This document shows positions 12,832-22,917 of a stretch of 64,000 nt of DNA, in pieces (position 1 is the first letter of the stretch; every line of letters starts with the position of its first letter). The stretch is taken from positions 1 to 64,000 of the forward strand of contig NW_026515673.1 of the NCBI RefSeq assembly GCF_025526975.1, written 5' to 3'. Origin of the DNA: Fimicolochytrium jonesii. Its lineage: Eukaryota. The translations under genes were made by a program, and so were the position numbers. The notes below the pieces were generated by a model, which had not been told where the DNA came from, ran no database searches, and was given only the letters and a program-made list of their open reading frames with translations.

Positions 12832-15800
12832 CTACGCCTTGACAGCAACCTCCCGCGACGACTCGCTCTCCACGCCCTCTGCCGAAACAGCCCTCGCGAT
12901 GTAGTAATACGTGCCAGCCTTGGGCGGGGTAGCAGCATACACGCCATCAACGACGGTCGCAACGCGAAGGTATCCACCGCCGGAGACAACCGAGCGGTAC
13001 ACGTTGTAGGACTTTGCGCCGCGGTCGCTCTTGAAGGCGATGGTGCGGCCAGCGGCTGCGCGGTTGCACCGTTCCGCGACGTGTGGTTTTGAGGGGCTGT
13101 CGAATTTCCCGGACAGAATCAAGGTGGTGGCGGAGAGGCCGTCCAGTTTGATTGTCACGGCGGCGTTGTCGGTGGTGCTGGTGCTGTGGACGACCTTTCC
13201 GCGGTTGGCGAGGACGTCGACCCATGTGGTTTGATTGGGAAGGAGACCGGCAGGGACGGCTACTGTGATGGACTGGGCATCGGCGGCGCGGTTGACGACG
13301 ACGACGGCTGCGGAACCCGCGCGGGCGTCGCGGAGGAGGTATGCGAGGGTTTTTTGCTTCTTGTCCGCGAGCAGGAAGACGGGGGCGGCGGATGTGCGGA
13401 AGACGGGGAAGAGTTGACGGATCCGCGAGACGGCGGCGGTGTGGTGCAGGATAGCGTGGTCGCCGGCGGGGCCGAAGGTGGCGGGGTCGGCGGTCTCGAC
13501 TTTGCGTTCCATGGACGGGCGGATCAGGTCTAATACATTTTTGGGAAGGCCAAGCACACCGGTGCCGATGGCGCCGGTGTTGATTGGGGCGGCGGTCCCT
13601 GCGATATCAGTCCAGTTGAAGGTGCGGCGGGTATCGGGGTCTTGGGCGCCGTTCTGGCCAATCTCGTCACCGTACATGATCATCGGTGTGCCGGGGACGG
13701 TGAAGGAGAGAGTGGTTGCGATCTTGAGAAGTTTCTTGCCGACGGCGACGTTGGCGGCGTCGAGCTCGCGCTCAGCGCGAGAAGCCTTGCCGGGAGTCGC
13801 GATCCAGAGGAAGCGAGGGAAATCGTGGCTCCCGATCAAATTCCAGTTGCCCAAATACGTGCGGTCTGCGTAATCCTCGCGGATGGCTTCCAGCCCGTTG
13901 GCAAACTCCTCCGGGTCCTCGTTACCGCCGTTCTCCTCAGGGATCAGATACGCCATGACAGCGTCGCGGAAACGGTAGTTCATGCCAGCGTCCATCTTGG
14001 TACCGTACAGCAAAGGAAGACACTGCTCACGAGCCATCACCTCGCCGACAAGGAACGTGTCCGGACGGGCGCTGTAGGTAGCCTTGCGGAATCCAGGCCA
14101 GTAATCGTCGGTGTAGGTCCCGCTCCAAGCTGCGTCAAGGCGCCACCCTGCGACGCCCTTTTTCAACCAATCGGCCGCTGGGGTGTAGGTGAGATCCTTG
14201 ACGGCCGGGCTGGACTTGTTCAGCGTGGCCAGGGTATCGTAGCCAAGGAAGCTGTAGTAGTTCTTGCGCTTGCCGTCTTCGCCGACGCAAGGCCCGTTGG
14301 GGTCATTGGTCCACATGAACATATCGCGGTACGGGCTATCGACGGACTCGCAAGCGCCAATAGAGTCGGGGTAGTTTCCGTATTTGTCAAAATACTTAGA
14401 GTCGCTGGCCACGTGGTTGAACACACCATCGAGGACGACGCGGATGCCAGTTTTTTCGGCCGTGTCGACGAATGTTTGAAGGGCCTCGTTTCCGCCAAAG
14501 TACTCGGAAACGGTAGTGAAGTCGCGGGTGTCGTAGCCGTGGTTGGACGCGGCGTCAAAGATGGGGTTGAGCCACACGACGGTGACGCCCAAGCTCTTGA
14601 TGTACGCCAACTTCTCCTTGGCGCCGTTGAGGTCGCCGCCGAACCAGTCGCGGTTGTACGAGCCCTTCGTCTCCGCGGTGCATCCTTCGAGCCAGTTGTT
14701 GCAGCCGGCTTCCGGCAGATCCGTCCAGCCTTGGGGGAAGGAGTGCAGCGTTTCGGCTTCGCTGAGTTCGCCGCAGGTGGTGCAAGTGGCGTTACCGCCC
14801 TTCCATGTGTAGCGGTTCTTCACATACGGGACGGGGTCGTTCTTGACGTCGCCGTTGCGGAATCGATCCGGGAAGATCTCGTAGACGACGGCGTTCTGCA
14901 TCCACTTTGGCGCCTCCTTGTCAAAGGATTTGGGGTAAAAGGTTACGGCGAACTTGTTGACGGGGTTAGCGACCGCCCACTGGCCCACGCCGTTGTCGAA
15001 TGCGACATCGTCACCGTACACGTAGGATGCTGTTCCATCGGTCACCTTGAAGTGGTAGAAGAGTACCGTGGGGACGCGGGATTGCAGCTGGGCCTCCCAC
15101 ACGTCGCATTTGAATGCCGAAAGGTTGTCGTCACCAAAGCAGTCGACGCCAGCGGCGACCACCTTGGCTGCAACGGTGCCGGCCTTCCCGGCAGGGTCGA
15201 GTGATTCGAACTGCACCTGGACTCCAGTCGCATCACCGGCGCGAGTTTGCAGACGGACGTTGACCTTTTGTCCGACGGTAACAGCGCCTTGCGGGGCCCT
15301 GAGTGCATCGTCGCGTGTATTGTGGAGTAAAGCATCGGCGACGACACAGTTGTCGTGGGCACCGGCGATGGTCGAGCACTTGCTCGAGATCTTGCCATCG
15401 ACCGTGACGAGAAGGAGGGAGCTAGCTGCGTCGTAAACGAACGCAACTTCGGCACCGGTCTTGGTGACGGTAAAGTCGGTCTTGGTGCTGGGCACTGTGT
15501 CTTTAGCGGAGAGAACGGCATAGGCGGTGTACGTGCCGGCAGGGATGGCTTTCGAGTTGAAGGCGTAGGTGCCGGTGCCAGATTTGTCGACGGCGTATGC
15601 GGCCAAGCACGAGACGTCATCGTTGGTGGTGCATCCTAGAGTCTTTTGGAAAGTCCCGGCGACGGAGACAACGGCGGTGTTGAAGGTGTCAGAGACGTAA
15701 TGGGAGTTTTGGTCAAAGAAGAAACCGATCTCTTTCGGTTGGTCCAACTTGAGCGCAATGTTGGCACCTCCAAGCTCGCCCTCTGGGAAAACAGAACGGA

Positions 15801-16128
15801 AGGGTATGAGAAAACAAGGGAAAGCGACAAGAACACTCGCCACATGGATCCAATACGCACTTTGTCCATAGTTCACCGTCCAGCCTCCATTGGCGGCGAC
15901 CTTGTAATTGTACGTCCCAGCGGGTAGGGAAACGGTTATTCTCCATACTCCATCTTGGGTAGGAGGGGTCAACTGTGTCTGTACGCAAGTGGGGTCCCAC
16001 ACTTGGGGACATCCGCCGGCAACTTGAAGATCACCAACGAGTGTGATTGTCTTGAAGTCCGGCAAGGCCTGAGCGGAGGCGACGAGGGCGCCAAAGGCCG
16101 AAGCGGCCAGTAGGCGGAAAGGGACCAT
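12832..16128 (-). CDS. Secreted GH13 amylopullulanase/neopullulanase-like enzyme with N-terminal X25-like binding modules and C-terminal FnIII-like tail; one in-frame 78-nt intron (15783-15860)
   Basis: Signal peptide. YEIFPDRFRNGD, GGDLNG, LNPIF..SNHGYD, LDGVFNH, GWRLDAA (nucleophile D), GEV (acid/base E), GSHD, YGDEIG, DPDTRR. GTGCGT...CCCAG intron. Confidence 0.92.
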   Translation of the reverse strand: MVPFRLLAASAFGALVASAQALPDFKTITLVGDLQVAGGCPQVWDPTCVQTQLTPPTQDGVWRITVSLPAGTYNYKVAANGGWTVNYGQSAYWIHVASVLVAFPCFLIPFRSVFPEGELGGANIALKLDQPKEIGFFFDQNSHYVSDTFNTAVVSVAGTFQKTLGCTTNDDVSCLAAYAVDKSGTGTYAFNSKAIPAGTYTAYAVLSAKDTVPSTKTDFTVTKTGAEVAFVYDAASSLLLVTVDGKISSKCSTIAGAHDNCVVADALLHNTRDDALRAPQGAVTVGQKVNVRLQTRAGDATGVQVQFESLDPAGKAGTVAAKVVAAGVDCFGDDNLSAFKCDVWEAQLQSRVPTVLFYHFKVTDGTASYVYGDDVAFDNGVGQWAVANPVNKFAVTFYPKSFDKEAPKWMQNAVVYEIFPDRFRNGDVKNDPVPYVKNRYTWKGGNATCTTCGELSEAETLHSFPQGWTDLPEAGCNNWLEGCTAETKGSYNRDWFGGDLNGAKEKLAYIKSLGVTVVWLNPIFDAASNHGYDTRDFTTVSEYFGGNEALQTFVDTAEKTGIRVVLDGVFNHVASDSKYFDKYGNYPDSIGACESVDSPYRDMFMWTNDPNGPCVGEDGKRKNYYSFLGYDTLATLNKSSPAVKDLTYTPAADWLKKGVAGWRLDAAWSGTYTDDYWPGFRKATYSARPDTFLVGEVMAREQCLPLLYGTKMDAGMNYRFRDAVMAYLIPEENGGNEDPEEFANGLEAIREDYADRTYLGNWNLIGSHDFPRFLWIATPGKASRAERELDAANVAVGKKLLKIATTLSFTVPGTPMIMYGDEIGQNGAQDPDTRRTFNWTDIAGTAAPINTGAIGTGVLGLPKNVLDLIRPSMERKVETADPATFGPAGDHAILHHTAAVSRIRQLFPVFRTSAAPVFLLADKKQKTLAYLLRDARAGSAAVVVVNRAADAQSITVAVPAGLLPNQTTWVDVLANRGKVVHSTSTTDNAAVTIKLDGLSATTLILSGKFDSPSKPHVAERCNRAAAGRTIAFKSDRGAKSYNVYRSVVSGGGYLRVATVVDGVYAATPPKAGTYYYIARAVSAEGVESESSREVAVKA

Positions 16129-18371
16129 TATATCTATTCCTTTTTGGCGGAGTTTGACCGTAGCAAGCCTTACGGACGCCGGCGTCCTTTTTCCCTCTTC
16201 GTTCCTTTTATAGGATTACAGAACTACACCGGGCAGCGGGCACCACACTCACCAACTTACACGACATGCCCATATCGATCGTTTCTCCTTCTGGCCGCCC
16301 GAAAGAATACCACCACGACTGGCAACAATTGAAGCCGGTCTGCGCAGAGGCGATCTCTCTGATTCTCGTTGCCCGGCATATACGGAAGTTGGCAATACGT
16401 GTGTCCGTTGGGCGGAGTATGATTGTGAATACCGCTGGCAACGTTCTTGCGCCCGCGTTTACGGAGCCAAAAGTGCTCCGGCGGACACTCAGCCTAACAC
16501 AATGAACAATGGCAACAAGGGTTGAATGGTACAACTTTTGGACCAAATCAACACAGAAAACCGTCAGGCGGCCGTGGAAAAGAGGGTCACGCGGGAGGAC
16601 AAAAGCAGATCGGGTTGGCAACTAAATAATGACTCGGAAGCGGCAGTCGTCAATCCGGGATTCTGCAGCTACGCCTGCATAGCCCACTTGTTGCTCTCAG
16701 AAGATTCGGCCTGGGGAGGGGAGAAGATTTGTTGTTAAACGCTTGCTCCACATGTGGTTACTCTTCTCCCTACCGGGCTTCTTTGAAGATTCGGACCATG
16801 ATCCAAGGTAAACTAGCGCGGCATAGGGATGAGATGCATGCTCATGTGAAGATGAGCTCAACCTATTATCGCGTCAGTAACAAGGATGGGACGTTAGGTT
16901 ATCCCCTCACCGGTCCGTCACAACCCAAACGGCGCATTATAGCCTGGACGAAGGGCATAGTGCCACTCGGAACCGTACTTCAGTTACTATAGTCATTCAC
17001 TGCCTTTTCGAGCTCCTTCGATTTGGGTTCCGCCTTTCCTCGAGCTTCTTCCGCTTTCCGAAGCTCGTTTCTGAGCTCACTTTGGATATCGTTTGTTTGT
17101 CGGCTATTTCTCTCATCGGTCTGCAGCTCATTCTTGTCAGTCTTGCCTTCCCCAGGCCAATCTGCTTGGCAGCTTCGGTCTTCTCCAGTTGTCGGGACTG
17201 GTCTTCCTCGCACCAGAGGGCGCAGCCTTCAACACAGATATCCAGTTAAAAATCACGCCTGCCACGTTCGCGACTTGCAGTGGCAGCCAACGAATCGACA
17301 CACAAACCCCTCGCTCTTCACACACCCACCTATCGACTCTCGTGATGGCCGCGCCGCTTCCCGCTTCGCCTCTCTTTGTCGTCGGGTAGATCTACAAGGT
17401 AAGCGCCATGTTTCATCCTGATGTGCAGCTGGAGTCACCGCTGTCCTCCAGGATCTGGAAAGATCCCCTCCGTACGTATGAAAGTAGCGACCGGTGGATC
17501 GTCGAGTACGTCGCAAGCACCAATATTGGGACCATTTTCCTCGCCACCACCAGCAAAGAAGCCATTAAGCACCGTCGGTTCCTACCTTTGCCCTATCCCG
17601 ACGTGGATGCTGAAGGAACACTTGCGACGGAACCACCGTTCCCATTTCTGAAACGCACCTATCTCAACTTCACCCATCCGGTCCGAGTTCGCCTTCATCA
17701 CGTCGGCACTGAAAGCCTAAACAACATCAAGTACATGGCCCTCACGCCTTCTCCACCTCCCGGTGTTGGGGCTCGCCTTCCTGAAGTTGCTGGAGAGCAG
17801 AGCTTTATCCCATGAATCACGAACGATGAAATGGCGCTTTTCTGGGCAAGGCACAGACAATACCATTGCGCTCGCAGGGGTGGTGTGGTTGTAAGTGCAA
17901 CTGGCGAACTAAAGGGAGAGGAAGACAGGGGGCGTGGAGGTGCAAGTGGCGCCACAGGGTCATCAGGCAGCGCAGGCGCTTCCCGGGCAGTGCGCGGTGG
18001 GCAACACGGTGGGGAAAGCCAAAGCGAACGTGGAAGCCGAGGGGGTGATTGGGGAAGCATCACCAGAACGCAAGGAGCTTACCGCCCGCCGGACACGAAC
18101 GCGCCCTGGGGATATATTGACGACTAGCGAATTGGCATTGACATGGCGGCCGTTACGGAAGACCCAGAAGCCTCCGATCCGGACACGGAAGAGGATATCT
18201 GGGCTAGAGAGGGTGGCAGGTGGGGGAAGATTTGGTGGAGTGGATTGCCGGAGATGTACCTGTGGAGGACTTTGATCCGGAATTGTCATTAGTACGCCCT
18301 CGCCGTCCTCGACAGTGATTTGTCTATTATCGAACTGATTCTCGTTTTAAGTCATTCATAAGTTTAGGTAG

Positions 18372-18482
18372 TTGCTAACGACGCTACCCGTGTTTGCTAT
18401 CCACGCTACCCTTTAAGCACACATACTCTAGTGTGAAGTGGAGGGTAGGGTGGATAGCAAACACGGGTAGCGTCGTTAGCAA
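18372..18482. repeat. Long hairpin: 41-bp inverted repeat with 1 mismatch and ~29-nt spacer
   Basis: TTGCTAACGACGCTACCCGTGTTTGCTATCCACGCTACCCT pairs with AGGGTAGGGTGGATAGCAAACACGGGTAGCGTCGTTAGCAA. Confidence 0.85.
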
Positions 18483-19418
18483 TTCCCTAAGTTTACTATG
18501 TTTAACCCTTTTAAGGGGTTCCCGTCTTAAGATTGACTTCGAACGAAGACTTCTCAGCATCTGCATCCGTTCGCACGCTCCCTTTCTTTTGCCGACAACA
18601 ACTGGTAGTAAGGGATCCATACTCTCTCCGCATGACCTGTGAGTGCCACGAAGGAGGACGCAAAAAGCACAGAGGATTTTGGCACGGATGACAACATCCA
18701 CGGAGTGCCGAGATGAATTTTCTCTACTGGGATCCGACGCCGCTTGTGATGTACGGCAATCTTGAGCAAGTACGGTTGGAGATGGTTGCTTCCGTCGTAG
18801 CCCATTGAAATGATCAGCTCCATTGCCTGTCCGCGCTTTTTGAGCTGCGGTAGGTCTGACCGTGCCGCCCATGGTGAAAATATGCACGTGGATATCATTA
18901 TTCTCACCCCGCACGTACTGCCTTGCATCCTAAGCCGTGCCTGCCTTAGGGTAGGATGCAGCAACCGCACCGTGCACTGAGCAGAGAAAGAGACGTTAGT
19001 CACAGCAAAGACGGAAGGATGGGCAAATCCCGCGCACCCTTAATCCTCCGTGCCAGACGGCGAAATTGTTTTCACGCCTAATCTTCGCATGCGTCTCTAT
19101 AGGCCCGCCCGCTTCGCATCTCTTGTATAAAACGAGGATGGAGCTCTCTCTGCAAACGCCACTGGTGCGTCATCGCTACTGGAGAACACGCTGAGCGTGA
19201 TGTGTCCTCGTCGCGTCGTACCCAGATATCTGGCCATCTACTGTAAAGGCATCATCCGGCCATGAGTGAGATGAGTGCCCGTCTCCCTGCGCTTGCGCCT
19301 GTTTGCATGACAACCGTGAACTAGACTCATAAAGCTACAGTACTCGCCGGCTACGACCCTCGGGCCTCTAGAACAAGACCGTCGCTGTCCCTCCACCAGA
19401 CCCTCGCCCCGGAAGTCG

Positions 19419-21260
19419 ATGCTCAAACATGTCTCGTCACGGTCGCGTCTCCCGACTCAACGTGTTGCAACAGGGCGGTTGTATGCACGACGCCCATCAT
19501 CAAGACCGCCATTGCAACGTCTCACTAGCACCCAGTTGATAATAGCTGTTCCACAACCACGGTCGTATTCCTCCGTGTCCAAAGACGAGTCAAAACCAGC
19601 CGCTACCAAACGCCCACCATTCAGGCTTCACCTTGAAGAGTCCCCTGGACTTTTGGCTACAAAGACCGACAGAGGCGATCGGGAGCAGAACGAGGTACCT
19701 GCCAGTTGAAGCGCTGCACTCTATATGTGCGGGTTCTGACGATTGGAATTTGGCGGTTTTGGTCCTAGGATAGATCCTCTTACGCGCTCCTCCAAGTGCC
19801 GTGCCCTGAGGATCCCGATACGACGCTTGATGTGTATTGGTTTGCCGTATTTGATGGGTATGTAAGAGAGGAATGTGGTGCTCTCGCGGGGTGCCAGGTT
19901 CTAAGTGCATCCCATCTCAAACCCGCTCCTCAAGCCACGGCGGTAGCGAATGCTCCGAATACCTTAAATCCCACCTCCACACCCATTTCTCCACCGTCAC
20001 CTCCATCGATCTTCAGTCCACGCTAACCGAGCTCTCCACCTTTTACAACCGTCCATTATCCGTAACCCACCCCCCACCGCCCCACACCACCGAACATTCC
20101 AAATGGACAGACCCACTCACCCTGCAACAGCGCCTGTACGTCGCGTTCCTGAAAGCCGAGTTGGAGTTCTTCAAAACCCATGACGGGAACGCGGATAGCG
20201 TCGGCTCAACGGCCTCGGTGGTCGTCATCCGCCCCATCCATCGGGACGAGACCACCTCCCCCCCATCATCGTCAACAGGAGCAACAGCCCGCACCCTCGA
20301 CACCCAAACCATCCATCTGGACCTCCTCATAGCGCATCTCGGCGACTCCCGCATCCTCCTCTGCGCCGGGGATAAAGGCATCGCGCACCCGCTGACGACC
20401 GCGCATGTCCCAAGCGTGGAATCGGAGAAGGCCAGGATTACCCAGTTGGGCGGGTTTACAACTGCTGTGCCGGTGCCGACGAGTGAGGGGGATGGACCGG
20501 GGGATACGGATTCTGCGCATCATCGAGCAAGGCGTGGGGAGGCCGTCAAGGAGTTTCCATCGTCTACAACAACGTCGTGTTCCTCGTCCGATTCTGCTGC
20601 AGACCAACCTGACCCATCCTCCTCGTCATCGCCCCCCGAACTCGTCCTAGGCGCCCTCGCGGTCTCCCGCTGCTTCGGCGACCTCAAATTCAAGAAATTC
20701 GGCGGAGTCATCGCTGAACCGCAGATTGTCAAACGCACATTGGATCACCGGCACAACGCGGCGTTCCTGTGTCTTGTTACGGATGGCGTCAGTGGCGTCG
20801 CGTTTGATCAGGAGATTTGTGATGTGGTGGGTTTTCAGGGAGTCACTGCAGATTTGCTTCGTGTGTTTGGGTGCCATGTAGCGGGATACATTGGATGTTT
20901 GACTGAAAGGTGGTGTTTGTTTCTGCACAGGTCAAAAACGCACCTACACCAGCCCAAGCCTGCGACGCCGTCATCAAACTCTCCGACTCGCTCGGGTCCA
21001 CAGATAACAAAACGGTCACCATCGTGCGATTGCCGGGCTGGATGGGTCCTCCAACGAGCGCCTCCCAACCGTCCTCATCCTCCTCTTCCACATCATCTGC
21101 ATCTACAACACCGTCGGCTCGGGAATCGATGAGCGGAACGACACCCGGTACGCAACCCTCCGACGAGCAGCCGAAACCAGACACCCCGGCCGGGGTGGAC
21201 ATCACCCGCGAATCGCGAGCGCAACGGATTGAGAGCGTCGCGAGTCGGCGGAGAGGGTGA
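19419..21260 (+). CDS. PP2C-family protein phosphatase, probably mitochondrial (Ptc6-like), spliced
   Basis: RGDREQNE, FAVFDG|HGG, GSTASVV, AHLGDSR, EKARITQLGG, LAVSRCFGD, LVTDGV, GSTDNKT. Arg/Ser-rich presequence-like N-terminus. Confidence 0.88.
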
Positions 21261-22917
21261 CCGTCATACGGCGGGGGGCGGAGTGAGAATGAGGGGGGCG
21301 TCACTTAGGGAGCATTTGCTTCCCGTGATGGTATTACAGAACGGTCCTGGTGGTTCTGGCTCCGTAAACATCACGTGCTGGTGCGCTTCCTACAATCAAT
21401 ATCTACCACCCAGTCTGTCATTTCAATACGATGTGAAAAGTGAGATTTCCGAAGCTATTCTGGGTCCCAATACGCCGATCTGAGCTGAGGTCTTGTTTTT
21501 GAATCAAAGTCTGAGGTTTTCCCATCTCACTAATATGCGTGCTTAGATCTGAGCTTTCCCCCGTCCTATCATGGGCGTGGGGGTAAAATATCTGCGAAGC
21601 GCCTCCAAACTCTTCGAAAAACCGGCAGATCCACATCCTTTTACTGTCCTTCCACAAACCTCACCCCGTTCCGGCGTACGCACCGGCGGATGCATGCGCG
21701 GGTTTTGCATGCTGTCGTTTCGGGCGCCGTCCAGGGTAGAACTGTCGCCAACCCAGCGATTGGTACCGACTGGATCTGTCCTTGTCCATCGCGTGGCGCA
21801 CGGGCGTTGGCACGGTGCCACCTCGCCTCGCTGGTTGCAGTTCAACACCCACGCTCCCGGCATCGCATGGCCCGCATTGCGCCGCGGCTCGTGGAACCTC
21901 ACGCATTCTCAGCCACCGCTCGCAACCCACCCTCAACCCCTCCACGCTCCAAATCAAACTGACACCGCATAGGACAAGGTTCGCCGCCGCCGTTCTCCCC
22001 AAAGCGTCCGACCGGCCGGGGTCATGGCGTCCGCAAAGGCGCGCGGATGCTGTAAACCCAGATAAAGTCGGGGTCGGTGAATATTGGGGGCTTGTGCTCG
22101 TACCGGAACTCATTGGACGGCTTCTTCGGGGATGGGGGTGCCCGACGAGGTCGCGGCCGCGGCGGGTTAGTAGCGGGCGGGCGCGGAATGCGCAGGGTGA
22201 TGACATTTTTTTTTGGTTGTTGCGGGGTGTGGGGTGTGAAGATGGATGAGGAGGTTGGGTGGTGATGACCGGGAAGCTAAGTGAAGTCGGTCAACGCGTT
22301 GGGCAAGATGACTTGACACTTGCGCCTTCCGGCTACCTCTGGGCATTCCATATGCATGCAAGGAAGGGCATGGCTTCGCAAAGTCTGCCTGCAGCATAAT
22401 CATCTGAGCTTGGGTCTAGATATACACGGAATGCATCGAGCCGTGCGTCGCTGTTATGTTGTTCTTTGCAGGCGTGCTCCTTTCACAATGTTACATATGT
22501 ATAGATATAAGGATGCCACTGCGGACTACATATGTACTACATTATCAACAGTAAGCATCAGCCTGCCTCCTCCTCTTCCTGCTGGGTTCCGTCCTCCGAA
22601 GAAAGCTCCGCTGCAAGGGAGAGGGAGTCCTTCCTACAGTAAGGGCAAACACGCGTGAGGCGGGTGATGAAAGCAACGTCACGGCTGTGAGCTTTTGAAC
22701 GCAGACGAAGACTCGCAAATACTCAACAACAGCAACAGCACACGATGACCGCAAACCCACTCCCCCCCTCCCTCACCGCTGTCCACAGCGCTCTTATGGC
22801 TCAAAACTCGCAAAACACAGGGAAGGCCGTCCTCGCAAGGCCCTCGCTCGTCGGTAAGTCCTGTCTCAATTCTCCCTCCACCGATGGCGTGTTATCCTAA
22901 TCCCCACGCCAGCCCAG

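Noticed and set aside
13642..15204. 520-aa plus-strand ORF
   Set aside because: Antisense shadow of the GH13 gene caused by GC-biased codon usage; no domain.
16980..18290. Short ORFs (coiled-coil, Gly-rich, acidic fragments)
   Set aside because: May be a decayed gene, but fragmented and with no recognisable family.
22745..22853. Upstream coding exon for the cNMP/F-box gene
   Set aside because: Splicing to 22918 puts it out of frame; more likely a 5' UTR exon or uORF.
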